Assembly (NCBI GenBank): GCA_003522145.1
Contig: DPGD01000042.1
Span: forward strand, 4,945-68,944
Direction: 5' to 3'
Length of the DNA stretch: 64,000 nucleotides
Source of the DNA: Clostridiales bacterium
GTDB taxonomy: Bacteria; Bacillota; Clostridia; Oscillospirales; CAG-272
Position numbers and translations under genes: made by a program. The notes under the pieces are model-generated. The model made no database searches, was not told where the DNA came from, and saw nothing but the letters and a program-made list of their open reading frames with translations. Below are positions 45,401-54,617 of this stretch, in pieces (the stretch's first letter is position 1; each line of letters begins with the position of its first letter).

Positions 45401-45598
45401 ATGCGGTTCTGTTCGGAAGCCTTGAGCGATATTGGTTTTGGATCGGTGCCCCTTTTTGAAAGTGATTTGAAAAACGGAGAGAGAAAGTATAATCTTCAGA
45501 TCCTTTATTTTGGCGCACAGCATTCACGGGGGTGCTGTGCGCCTTTTCAGATCGGCAATGTGTTGGATGGAAGAGCACAATGCTGTTTGCGGAATTGA
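45401..45598 (+). CDS. Candidate 65-codon leader ORF / small Cys-containing peptide
   Basis: The ATG lies 7 nt after GGAGGTG, the best SD in the locus. The ORF contains the terminator-like hairpin and ends 19 nt inside the next gene. No homology recognised. Confidence 0.35.
   Translation: MRFCSEALSDIGFGSVPLFESDLKNGERKYNLQILYFGAQHSRGCCAPFQIGNVLDGRAQCCLRN
45512..45547 (+). terminator. Intrinsic-terminator-like hairpin inside the cassette leader (candidate attenuator)
   Basis: GGCGCACAGCA-ttcacggggg-TGCTGTGCGCC (11-bp perfect stem) followed by TTTTC, 33 nt before the ATG at 45580. Confidence 0.55.
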
Positions 45599-45855
45599 AT
45601 GAAGAAAGGCTTATAAAGTCCGGTCGTTCGGTGGGAGAAACCGTGGTAACAACGGATGCGCAGTATGTCCATATGAGTACAGAATTGGCGAATCAGGTTG
45701 CACAGTACCACGGATTTGCGGGTGCTGAGGAATTCAAGGCCGCACATGGAGTGGGCTCCAAAGGATGGATGGCATATTATCCCGCAACGGGTCAGATCGT
45801 GATTACCGTTGAAGGGGCGGTTTTAGGTACGGAGTATTATGGAGGCTGGAGATGA
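45580..45855 (+). CDS. Hypothetical 91-aa protein
   Basis: MLFAELNEERLIKSGRSVGE...GTEYYGGWR. Stop overlaps the next start (ATGA). No family recognised. Confidence 0.55.
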   Translation: MLFAELNEERLIKSGRSVGETVVTTDAQYVHMSTELANQVAQYHGFAGAEEFKAAHGVGSKGWMAYYPATGQIVITVEGAVLGTEYYGGWR

Positions 45856-46649
45856 AAAAATATCCCGGAAGCGTAGGGAGCAGGGCACCGATTGCAGAAG
45901 CTGCATTGAATATTTACGGTGAGATCGCTCCCGGAATTCTGACAAAGGAGTTGGACTTGGAGCCCACATATACGGGGGACGGTTGTTGGCGGCTTTCCAC
46001 CGGAAGGTTTATTTGTTCCGATACTGCGTATGCTACCGATGCACTGTTGGGGTGCTTGGCATCCCGATACGATGCGTTGAGAGAGCTTTGCAGTACGCAC
46101 GGATTGCGTTCGGAGCTGGTGTTGACCCTGAATGTTGCAGAGGATCGGTTTCCCGAGGGAACGATCTCCCAAGAGTGTCTGCGTTTTCTGCACGAAACGG
46201 GAAGCAGTCTCTCCTTAAAAAACGAATATGAGAACGGAAGCGGGTTGTTGCCCGATTGCAGACTGCGCTACGGACTTTGGTTCAGAAGCAAAGACCTGCG
46301 TGCAGAGGATGTGACCGAAAGACTCCGGATAGAGCCGGATCATGTATTGGAGAAGGAAAAACTGTCAGGCGGTGTGACGGACAGAAGAAACGCATGGCTG
46401 TTGCGTACAGAGCTCCTGCCCTTTGAAGAGCAATCGCAGGCTTGCAAGGACTTTTGCAGCAAATTTATTGCCTGTGAAAGGGAAATCATCGAACTGCTTC
46501 GCATGAAGGAGACGGATGCGGAGCTTGACCTTTCTCTTTATACCGGTCGTTGCTCCTTTGATGCGCTTGTTCTTCCAAGGGAGCTGACCGAGCTTGCTTA
46601 CAGAATCGGAACCGAGATCTATCTCGGATTCTATGCCGTTCCCCGATAA
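45852..46649 (+). CDS. Protein with two tandem DUF4279-like domains
   Basis: Each half follows the DUF4279 pattern. It starts with a short strand ending in ..L.(I/L)EPT/D.. (LDLEPTYTGDGCWRLSTG and LRIEPDHV...RRNAWLLRTE). A helical middle follows, then an ending of the ..L.L..Y type (SLSLKNEY and EIYLGFY). GGAGG RBS. Confidence 0.6.
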   Translation: MKKYPGSVGSRAPIAEAALNIYGEIAPGILTKELDLEPTYTGDGCWRLSTGRFICSDTAYATDALLGCLASRYDALRELCSTHGLRSELVLTLNVAEDRFPEGTISQECLRFLHETGSSLSLKNEYENGSGLLPDCRLRYGLWFRSKDLRAEDVTERLRIEPDHVLEKEKLSGGVTDRRNAWLLRTELLPFEEQSQACKDFCSKFIACEREIIELLRMKETDAELDLSLYTGRCSFDALVLPRELTELAYRIGTEIYLGFYAVPR

Positions 46650-46714
46650 AAGCTGTATAGCGATAGCCTGCAGTCGTATTTTCGAATGAGAGGGTAAGCA
46701 GGTTGTAGGAAAAC

Positions 46715-46755
46715 GGGGCTGTTAAAAAATTCCGAAAGATTTTTTTAACAGCCCC
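46715..46755 (+). terminator. Solo family-R terminal hairpin acting as terminator of the DUF4279-like cassette
   Basis: GGGGCTGTTAAAAAA-ttccgaaaga-TTTTTTTAACAGCCCC followed by TTTTCTTTT. The loop TTCCGAAAGA is identical to that of the hairpin at 20869-20909. Confidence 0.8.
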
Positions 46756-47039
46756 TTTTCTTTTGGAGACCGACAATGGGCGCAGAAGGGAACGGGGCGG
46801 TGCTTTTCGGGTTGTATGCCCATTTGTTGTTGCATTCTGTTCCGGAGGAGGAAAAAGAAGCGGCCAATGGCAAAGAGGCGGTGTGCAGTGCAGTCCGGAA
46901 CAGAAGTCCGATGTTGGAAAATGCCCGGTTTTTTGAAGGAAGGAGAAGAACTTTTGGGCTTGACAGGTGAAGAAGAATATAGTAAAATAGACACTGGCGG
47001 GAAGGGCGAAGGTAGGGCTGAACCCCGGAAGGAGAAGGG

Positions 47040-49052
47040 ATGATCGGAAAAGAATTTTTACCGGTGACCTTGGAAGAGTGCAGAGAAAGAGGCTGGGACA
47101 GACCGGATTTTGTCTATGTGACGGGAGATGCCTATGTAGACCATCCTTCTTTCGGCGTGGCAATTATTTCAAGGGTGCTGGAAAAAGCAGGCTTTCGGGT
47201 CGCAATACTGCCTCAGCCCGACTATAAATCCGCCGCAGAGTTCAAAAAATTCGGAAAGCCCAGGCTCGGATTTCTGGTGACCTCCGGAAACATTGACTCC
47301 ATGGTAGCGCACTACACCGTTTCATTGAAGAAACGGACCTACGACTACTATACGCCGGGAGGCGTGATGGGCAAGCGCCCCGACCGGGCGGTGATTGTCT
47401 ACTGCAACAGAATCCGGGAGGCCTATGGCGATGTTCCCATCATCATCGGGGGCTTGGAAGCGTCCCTGCGGCGTTTTGCCCATTACGATTATTGGAGCGA
47501 TCAGGTGCGCCGCAGTATTTTGGTGGATTCCAGAGCGGATCTTCTTTCCTACGGGATGGGCGAGAAGAGCATCGTCCGCATTGCAAAGCTTTTGGACAAG
47601 GGCGTTCCCGTAAAGAAGATTCAGGATGTGCGGGGCACGGTCTATCTGACGGATCGGCAAGACAAGGTGCATTATCCCTTTATCGAGGGCTGTGAATACG
47701 ATGACCTGAAAACCGACAAGGAGCTTTACGCCAGAACCTTCGGCATTCAGTACCGGAATCAGGATGCGATTTCAGGCAAGGCTCTCACCGAGTATTACGA
47801 CCGGAGGATGCTGGTGCAGAATCCGCCTATGCCTCCTTTGGAGCGGGAGGAGCTGGACGAGGTTTACGGCCTGCCCTATATGCGGGATTGGCATCCGATG
47901 TATAGGGAAGCCGGCGGAGTGCCGGCAATCAATGAGGTGAAATTCTCCATCACGCATAACAGAGGGTGTTTCGGCTCCTGCAACTTCTGTGCGCTGACCT
48001 TTCATCAGGGACGGGTGGTGCGCTCCAGAAGTATGGGATCGGTGGTGAAAGAAGCGGAAGAAATCGTTCAGTTGCCCGATTTCAAGGGCTACATACACGA
48101 TGTGGGCGGACCCACGGCCAATTTCCGCTATCCGGCCTGTGACAAGCAGGTGAAATACGGGGTTTGTCCGGACAGGCGGTGTCTGGCGCCCAAGCCCTGC
48201 GCCCAACTGAAGGTGGATCATAGCGAATACGGGGAGCTGTTGCGCCGGGTGGGGGCGGTCAAGGGCGTTAAAAAGGTCTTTGTCCGGTCGGGCATTCGGT
48301 TTGACTATCTGATGTACGATCCGGATGACCGTTTTTTCAGACAGCTCGTCAAGGATCATGTGAGCGGACAGATGAAGGTGGCACCCGAGCATATCTGCCC
48401 CGGTGTGCTGAACCAGATGGGAAAGCCTCCGGTGGAGGTTTATGAGGCATTCCGGGAAAAGTATTTCAAAATCACAAAGGAAATCGGAAAAGAGCAGTAT
48501 CTGGTGCCCTATCTGATGTCCAGCCATCCGGGAAGCACCCTGAAGGATGCGGTGGAAATGGCGCTGTATCTGAAAAAATGGGGGTATTCGCCGGAGCAGG
48601 TTCAGGACTATTATCCTACCCCCGGTACGGTTTCGACCTGTATGTACCACACCGGTATAGACCCGCTGACCATGAAGAGGGTCTATGTGGCCACAGACTA
48701 TCAGGAGAAAAGGCTTCAGCGGGTGCTCTTGCAGTACAGCCGCCCGGAAAACCGGGATCTGGTGGAGCAGGCGCTGCGAAAAGCGGGCAGAGAAGATCTG
48801 ATCGGGTTTGGAAAAGAATGCCTTATAAAGCCCGGAAAAGCAGGCGCCGGACAAAAGAAACGGGAAATTGTTCCGGAAAACAAGGGGCGTAAGACGAATA
48901 GCCGACGCAACGGCAGGACCGGGACGGTGGAGGATTTGACGGGAATCAAGGGTTCAAAAAGAGACTTCCGGCAAAAAAAGCCGCAGGTTTCCCCGGCAGG
49001 GGATTATAAAACACACAAAATAAGCAGAAAAGGAAAGGGTTTATCCAAATGA
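47040..49052 (+). CDS. ygiQ: YgiQ-family (UPF0313) radical SAM protein
   Basis: [39 protein letters not shown] is a typical YgiQ N-terminus. Radical SAM cluster [16 protein letters not shown]. Basic C-terminal tail. Confidence 0.9.
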   Translation: MIGKEFLPVTLEECRERGWDRPDFVYVTGDAYVDHPSFGVAIISRVLEKAGFRVAILPQPDYKSAAEFKKFGKPRLGFLVTSGNIDSMVAHYTVSLKKRTYDYYTPGGVMGKRPDRAVIVYCNRIREAYGDVPIIIGGLEASLRRFAHYDYWSDQVRRSILVDSRADLLSYGMGEKSIVRIAKLLDKGVPVKKIQDVRGTVYLTDRQDKVHYPFIEGCEYDDLKTDKELYARTFGIQYRNQDAISGKALTEYYDRRMLVQNPPMPPLEREELDEVYGLPYMRDWHPMYREAGGVPAINEVKFSITHNRGCFGSCNFCALTFHQGRVVRSRSMGSVVKEAEEIVQLPDFKGYIHDVGGPTANFRYPACDKQVKYGVCPDRRCLAPKPCAQLKVDHSEYGELLRRVGAVKGVKKVFVRSGIRFDYLMYDPDDRFFRQLVKDHVSGQMKVAPEHICPGVLNQMGKPPVEVYEAFREKYFKITKEIGKEQYLVPYLMSSHPGSTLKDAVEMALYLKKWGYSPEQVQDYYPTPGTVSTCMYHTGIDPLTMKRVYVATDYQEKRLQRVLLQYSRPENRDLVEQALRKAGREDLIGFGKECLIKPGKAGAGQKKREIVPENKGRKTNSRRNGRTGTVEDLTGIKGSKRDFRQKKPQVSPAGDYKTHKISRKGKGLSK

Positions 49053-50962
49053 AGAAAGTTTTTGCACTGACTCTCACAATTCTCCTATTGCTTTCGGCAT
49101 TTACTTTTGTGCCGTTTGCAGACGACGATGAAACCGAGTTGCCCAAAGCGGTAACGCTGATGGGCACAGAGGACCTGCCGCCCATCAGCAACCAGGGCTC
49201 GGTGGGTTGTTGTGCTTCTTCCAGCATTACATATATGCAGTTTACCAATGCAGTATCCAGATATTTGCGCACCAACTATCCGGAAATGGCGATCAATCCC
49301 TCATCCGGCGAGTTTTCGGAGATTTTCTCCCCCAAATGGACCTATGACTTCGGCGGCTCCGGAACGGCGTGGGTCTATAATGTTCTGATGGAGCACGGAG
49401 CGCTGACCATGGACAAAACCATGTTCGGCGTGAAAAAGCTCCCCAATGAAAAGCCCTACCGAGTCGACGACCCCAAAAAGCCCAATGCATTTTTGGAAAG
49501 TGCGGTCCGTTGGGACATTTCCGAAGGCCAGATGGAGGAGGCGCTGAACATCCGTCTGAAGAATTTTGAACAGATCTGGATCAGAAAAAACACCTTCAGC
49601 AACGAGAACGGCAAGATCAATCTGACACAAACCGAAGTCGGGAAAAATCTGCTTGAGAAAATCAAAGCGGCCGTGAATGAGGGCAATGTGGTGGTGACCG
49701 GCGGCTTCTCGTCCTCCTGGACCTATGTGGACCAGATCACCGGCAAGGGCACCCTTGCCCAGAGCTTTGCCGAAACCGCGCTGGTCTGCGGAAGAGGAAG
49801 CATGAGCGGCGGACACCAGTTGGCCATTGTGGGATATGACGACGAGATCACCTGCCGGTATCAGGGACAGACCCTGAAGGGCGCATTTCAGGTGGCCAAT
49901 TCCTGGGGTACAGGCTGGGGGAACGACGGTTGCGTCTGGCTGATGTATGATGCGCTGAACGAGGAATCAGAGTTTGCCGAGCTGAATTTCAGCGACCGGG
50001 TGTATCCGATAGACCAGTTCTGCTTTGTGGATTGGAAAACCGACATTGAGGTGGGACTGCCGTCTCTGTATGTGGAGATCGAGGTCAGCGCCAAGGACCG
50101 GGAAGCTGTGTCGGCAATGCTCACAACGAAGAGCGCCGACAACAAGGTCAAGAGCTATATTCCCTATCTTTTCAAGAACAGCAAATATCATGGAAAATAC
50201 CAGCTTGACGGTCTGAACTATATCTATATGACTTTTGACGGAACAACGGACGGGGATGCCAGCAAGGCGATCTTCTCGTTGGATTACAGAGATCTTTTGG
50301 ATGCCGAGACCGTTGCCACCGACCAGTTCGGTGTGACCATTACCACCAAGGAAGAGGGCGTGATCCTGCACTCTCTGAAGCTGAAGAACAATAAAGGAGA
50401 AGTGATTGCCGAAGTGGCGCTGTCCGAAGAGGGACAAACGCTTCAGTCGTCAACCTCCCTTTGGTTTGATAAAAGCCTTTGCAATGTGACCATTCCCGCT
50501 TCGGACGGTTCCACCGGCCTTCAGATGGAGGAAGTGAACGCTCTTTATGCCAAAGACAGCGAGATCACACTGGATTATACGCTTATCGAGGGCTATACCG
50601 ATGAGAACATGAAGGTTACCATTTCGGACGGAACCAAAGAGACGGAGATTCAGAGAAGTGCCGACGGAGTGTTCAGAATTCCGGTGAAGAGTTCTCTGAC
50701 CGTTAAGGTGGAGGGTGTGGAGCAGGCTGCAGAACCTACACCGACACCCACACCCACTCCCACGCAGACGCCCACGATTTCCCCGACACCTACTCCGGAT
50801 TCAACGCCGGCATCGACAGAAGCTTCATCGTCCTCGTCCGTACAGACTCCCGGAGAAGAGGATAAAGGAGTTTCCCCGGTAATTTTCATTGTGCTGGGAG
50901 CGGCGGTTGCTATTGGGGTTGCCGTAGCCGTAGTGCTGGCAGTGAAAAAGAAAAAGAAGTAA
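49049..50962 (+). CDS. Secreted papain-like (C1 family) cysteine peptidase with PT-rich linker and C-terminal membrane anchor
   Basis: Signal peptide. Catalytic Cys context [11 protein letters not shown], His in [13 protein letters not shown], and [32 protein letters not shown] linker, then a C-terminal TM segment plus KKKKK. Start overlaps the ygiQ stop (ATGA). Confidence 0.8.
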   Translation: MKKVFALTLTILLLLSAFTFVPFADDDETELPKAVTLMGTEDLPPISNQGSVGCCASSSITYMQFTNAVSRYLRTNYPEMAINPSSGEFSEIFSPKWTYDFGGSGTAWVYNVLMEHGALTMDKTMFGVKKLPNEKPYRVDDPKKPNAFLESAVRWDISEGQMEEALNIRLKNFEQIWIRKNTFSNENGKINLTQTEVGKNLLEKIKAAVNEGNVVVTGGFSSSWTYVDQITGKGTLAQSFAETALVCGRGSMSGGHQLAIVGYDDEITCRYQGQTLKGAFQVANSWGTGWGNDGCVWLMYDALNEESEFAELNFSDRVYPIDQFCFVDWKTDIEVGLPSLYVEIEVSAKDREAVSAMLTTKSADNKVKSYIPYLFKNSKYHGKYQLDGLNYIYMTFDGTTDGDASKAIFSLDYRDLLDAETVATDQFGVTITTKEEGVILHSLKLKNNKGEVIAEVALSEEGQTLQSSTSLWFDKSLCNVTIPASDGSTGLQMEEVNALYAKDSEITLDYTLIEGYTDENMKVTISDGTKETEIQRSADGVFRIPVKSSLTVKVEGVEQAAEPTPTPTPTPTQTPTISPTPTPDSTPASTEASSSSSVQTPGEEDKGVSPVIFIVLGAAVAIGVAVAVVLAVKKKKK

Positions 50963-50976
50963 ATGTGCAGAACACA

Positions 50977-51176
50977 GGAGGTGTAAAAAAGCTCAATGAG
51001 ATTTTTTACACCTCCGATGACATTGGTCCTGACGGCTGAAAGCCGTTATTTTGCCGCAGAATTCATCTGAATTTTGAAAAAATGAAGGGCCAAAACGACC
51101 AAGATCGCACCGGAAATGCCGGGATTCCGACCGGCATTTTTGAGGGGCTGTAAAAAATCGAATTTTTTACAGCCCC
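50977..51176 (-). repeat. Family-R multi-hairpin repeat, long variant, reverse orientation
   Basis: On the plus strand, hairpin C is GGAGGTGTAAAAAA..TTTTTTACACCTCC and the internal hairpin is GACGGCTGAAAGCCGT. The core complement, a hairpin B complement and hairpin A GGGGCTGTAAAAAA-tcgaa-TTTTTTACAGCCCC follow. Confidence 0.9.
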
Positions 51177-51216
51177 TTTTCAAAACACAAAATACCGGGA
51201 AAGGCGGAGGGGTTTT

Positions 51217-51936
51217 ATGGAAAAATTTCAGGAGTTTGAGCAGATGGTGCGGGAAAGTCGGAGAGTGGTGTTCTTTGGCGGAGCAGGCGTTTCCACCGAA
51301 AGCGGAATACCCGATTTTCGCTCGGAGAACGGACTGTTCAACCGGAAATATGACGATCCTCCCGAAACCATTCTGAGTCACGAATTCCTCTTTTCCCATC
51401 CGTCAAAATTTTACAAATTCTATAGGGAGCAATTGCTCTGTCCCCAGGCTCAACCCAATGCCTGCCACCGGAAGCTGGCGGAAATGGAAAAAAAGGGGTT
51501 GCTCTTGTCAGTGATCACACAGAACATCGACGGACTGCACCAGGCGGCGGGAAGCCGACGGGTATGGGAGCTGCACGGTTCGGTCAAAAGAAACCATTGC
51601 GTCCGGTGCGGCCGATTTTACAAAGCGGAAGAGCTGCCGGAATATGAGGATTATCCGAAATGCGCCTGCGGCGGCATGATTCGGCCGGATGTGGTGATGT
51701 ACGGGGAAGCCTTGGACGAAGAGGTTCTGGACGGCGCCATAGAAGATTTGCAAAGAGCCGACCTGCTGATTATTGCCGGCACCTCCCTGCGGGTCTATCC
51801 GGCGGCAGGTCTGATCCGGTATTTCGGCGGGAACAAATCGGTGGTGATTAACAAAACCTCCACGCCGGCAGATGAAGACTGCTCCTTGGTGCTGAAGGCA
51901 CCGGTAGGGCAGGTCTTTGAACGGCTGAAAATCTGA
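51217..51936 (+). CDS. cobB: NAD-dependent protein deacylase (Sir2 family)
   Basis: FFGGAGVSTESGIPDFRS, QNIDGLH, and the zinc ribbon CVRCG...CACGG. Confidence 0.92.
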   Translation: MEKFQEFEQMVRESRRVVFFGGAGVSTESGIPDFRSENGLFNRKYDDPPETILSHEFLFSHPSKFYKFYREQLLCPQAQPNACHRKLAEMEKKGLLLSVITQNIDGLHQAAGSRRVWELHGSVKRNHCVRCGRFYKAEELPEYEDYPKCACGGMIRPDVVMYGEALDEEVLDGAIEDLQRADLLIIAGTSLRVYPAAGLIRYFGGNKSVVINKTSTPADEDCSLVLKAPVGQVFERLKI

Positions 51937-51955
51937 GAGAAGGGACTGAAAGCCC

Positions 51956-53020
51956 ATGATGGAGAGACTGAAAGCGGCCATGGAGCGCTATGAGGAGCTG
52001 GGCGCACTTTTGGGGCAGGGAGAGATTCCTGCAGGCAGTGAGCGTTTTCGGACGCTGATGAAGGAGTACAGCGACCTGACCCCGCTTTGCACCAAGTATA
52101 CCGCATATAAAGAGGCCCTGCAAAGGATTAAGGAAGCGGAGGAACTGCTTTCCTCCGGCGACCGGGAGCTGGAAGAGTTAGCCAAGGAGGAACTGAAGGA
52201 GGGCAAGGAGGAATGCCGGACTTTGGAAGGAGAACTGCGGACAATGCTTGTTCCCCCGGATCCTTTGGACGGCAAGAATGTGGTGGTGGAGATCCGGGCC
52301 TGTGCCGGAGGAGAGGAGGCGGCGCTGTTTGCCGCGGACCTTTACCGGATGTATGGCATGTATGCCGACCGGAAGGGACTGAAGGTGGAAAAAATTTCGG
52401 AGAATCCCACGGAATTGGGGGGCTATCGGGAGATCGATTTTCTGGTATCGGGGCAGAATGCCTATTCCTCCTTCAAGTTTGAATCGGGGGTGCATCGGGT
52501 ACAGCGGGTGCCTGAAACCGAATCGCAGGGCAGAATTCAGACCTCCACCGTGTCGGTGGCGGTGCTGCCCGAGGCGGATGAGGTGGAGGTGCACCTTGAT
52601 CCTGCCGATATTTCCTTTGAATCCTGCAAAAGCTCGGGTGCCGGCGGACAGCACATCAACAAAACCGAATCGGCAGTGCGGCTGACCCACAAACCCACCG
52701 GGATCGTGGTGGAGTGTGACGAGGAACGAAGCCAGTTCAAAAACAAGGAAAAGGCGTTGAAGCTTTTGAGAGCCCGACTTTTCGACATCAAACAGCGGGA
52801 GCAGGACGATGCCATTTCCGGTAAACGCCGGGAGCAGGTGGGCAGCGGCGACCGGAGCGAAAAGATCCGCACCTACAACTATCCCCAAAGCCGGATCACC
52901 GATCACCGCATCGGACTGACGCTCTATTCCTTGAGCGACCAGCTCAACGGAAACTTGGACCCCATCATTTCGATACTTGCCGCAGAGGATGCGGCGAAAA
53001 GACTGACGGAACAGCCATAA
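51956..53020 (+). CDS. prfA: Peptide chain release factor 1
   Basis: RVPETESQGRIQTS (RF1 PxT tripeptide region) and SSGAGGQHINKTESAV (GGQ). Confidence 0.93.
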   Translation: MMERLKAAMERYEELGALLGQGEIPAGSERFRTLMKEYSDLTPLCTKYTAYKEALQRIKEAEELLSSGDRELEELAKEELKEGKEECRTLEGELRTMLVPPDPLDGKNVVVEIRACAGGEEAALFAADLYRMYGMYADRKGLKVEKISENPTELGGYREIDFLVSGQNAYSSFKFESGVHRVQRVPETESQGRIQTSTVSVAVLPEADEVEVHLDPADISFESCKSSGAGGQHINKTESAVRLTHKPTGIVVECDEERSQFKNKEKALKLLRARLFDIKQREQDDAISGKRREQVGSGDRSEKIRTYNYPQSRITDHRIGLTLYSLSDQLNGNLDPIISILAAEDAAKRLTEQP

Positions 53021-53044
53021 CCGCCTAAAAGAAGGACAGAACCT

Positions 53045-54463
53045 ATGGATCGCAAACAAAATGAAAAATATATCCGGATGACCACCGCACCGGTAAAGGG
53101 GCTGATCGTGCGTCTGGCGATTCCCACTATGATCAGTATGCTGGTGACCACCCTGTACAATCTGGTGGACACCTATTTTGTGGGACAGCTGGCGGATACC
53201 AGAGCGACGGCGGCAGTAACGGTTTCCTATGCACTGATGAACATTATTCAGGCGGTTGGTTTTTTCTTCGGGCAGGGGTCGGGGAACTATATTTCCAGAG
53301 CCTTGGGCAATAAGGAAGCGGAAAAATGCCGTAAAATGGCGGCGACCGGCTTTTTGGGTGCCCTTCTTTCGGGAACGCTGATTCTGGTGTTCGGGATGAT
53401 TTTTGCCGAACCGCTCGCACTGCTTTGCGGCTCGGAGAAGGACGCACAGTCCCTTGGCTATGCCACCGATTATATGCGCGTAATCCTCATCGGTGCACCG
53501 GCGATGTGTTCCTCCCTGGTGCTCAATAATCAGCTGCGTTTTCAGGGAAATGCCACTTTTGCAATGGTCGGACTGTCCTCCGGAGCAGTCATCAATGTGC
53601 TGTTGGATGCCCTTTTGGTTCCCAGGTACAAGGTTTTCGGTGCGGCGATTGCCACGGTTGCTTGCCAGTATGTCAGCTTTTTTGTTCTGCTTTTCTGTAC
53701 GAAATTCTTAAGTGATAATCTGAAATTTTCCATAAAGGATGCAAGCTTCCGACCTTTTTATCTGAAGGAAATTTTCAGGGGCGGCTTTCCGTCGCTCTGC
53801 AGACAGGGAATTGCATCGGTGATGAATGTGTCGCTGATGCACTGCTGTGCCATTGCCGCAACGGCCCAGCAGACGACTTCGGTTTTGCAGGCGGCCTTCG
53901 GCATTGTTTCCAAGCTGACCATGTTCATCTCTTCCATGATGATCGGCTTCGGACAGGGTTTTCAGCCGGTATGCGGCTTTAACTATGGCGCCGGAAGGTA
54001 TGACCGGGTGCGGGAGGGCTTCCGGTTCTGCGTTGCGATCACAGCGATTTTCTTAACGCTGATGTCGGTGGCATTCTTTATTTTCAGTTCTCCGGTGCTT
54101 TCCTTCATGCAGAGGAGCAGTGAGGACGGAGCGGGCAGAGAGGCGGTGAATATCGCCGTGAAAATCCTGCGCCGACAGCTGATTTCTCTGCCGCTCATGT
54201 CCTTTGTGGTCATGAGCAATATGATGCTCCAGACCACCGGCAATGTGGTGGGCGCTTCCGTGCTTGCCATGGCACGGCAGGGGCTGACGATGATCCCGGT
54301 GATGTACCTTTTTTCCTGCACGCTGGGGCTCAATGGGCTTGTCTGGGCACAGCCTTTGGCGGATGCGCTGGCTTTCGTCATTTCCGTTCCGTTTGTGGCG
54401 GCACTCTTCAAGAAAATGAGACTGAAAGAGCGGCGGCAGACCTTGGAGACTGCGACGGAATGA
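53045..54463 (+). CDS. MATE family efflux transporter
   Basis: 12-TM profile. N-terminus PVKGLIVRLAIPTMISMLVTTLYNLVDTYFVGQL is typical of MATE. Confidence 0.9.
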   Translation: MDRKQNEKYIRMTTAPVKGLIVRLAIPTMISMLVTTLYNLVDTYFVGQLADTRATAAVTVSYALMNIIQAVGFFFGQGSGNYISRALGNKEAEKCRKMAATGFLGALLSGTLILVFGMIFAEPLALLCGSEKDAQSLGYATDYMRVILIGAPAMCSSLVLNNQLRFQGNATFAMVGLSSGAVINVLLDALLVPRYKVFGAAIATVACQYVSFFVLLFCTKFLSDNLKFSIKDASFRPFYLKEIFRGGFPSLCRQGIASVMNVSLMHCCAIAATAQQTTSVLQAAFGIVSKLTMFISSMMIGFGQGFQPVCGFNYGAGRYDRVREGFRFCVAITAIFLTLMSVAFFIFSSPVLSFMQRSSEDGAGREAVNIAVKILRRQLISLPLMSFVVMSNMMLQTTGNVVGASVLAMARQGLTMIPVMYLFSCTLGLNGLVWAQPLADALAFVISVPFVAALFKKMRLKERRQTLETATE

Positions 54464-54474
54464 TAGAAAAGGTC

Positions 54475-54507
54475 AAAATCCGATTGAAAACATCAATCGG
54501 ATTTTTT
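54475..54507 (+). terminator. Rho-independent terminator of the MATE gene
   Basis: AAAATCCGATTGA-aaaca-TCAATCGGATTTT (13-bp perfect stem), running into TTTTTT. Confidence 0.85.
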
Positions 54508-54617
54508 CAGTATCCGGTGAAATTCAGGTTTTTTTCAAAGTATCTTGACGAAGAAACAAAAGTATGCTAAGATAGAATCAGTCAATTGAAAACTGTTCAA
54601 AATAAGGAAGGAAAGAT

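Noticed and set aside
46776-46970. 64-aa ORF with a GGAG 8 nt upstream, just after the cassette terminator
   Set aside because: It has no homology signal and lies in the ygiQ promoter region, so I did not call it. Ribosome profiling could revisit this.
51956-53020. RF1 tripeptide region reads PET rather than the E. coli PAT
   Set aside because: The middle position of the PxT motif is variable among bacteria, as I recall, so it is not evidence of altered stop-codon recognition.
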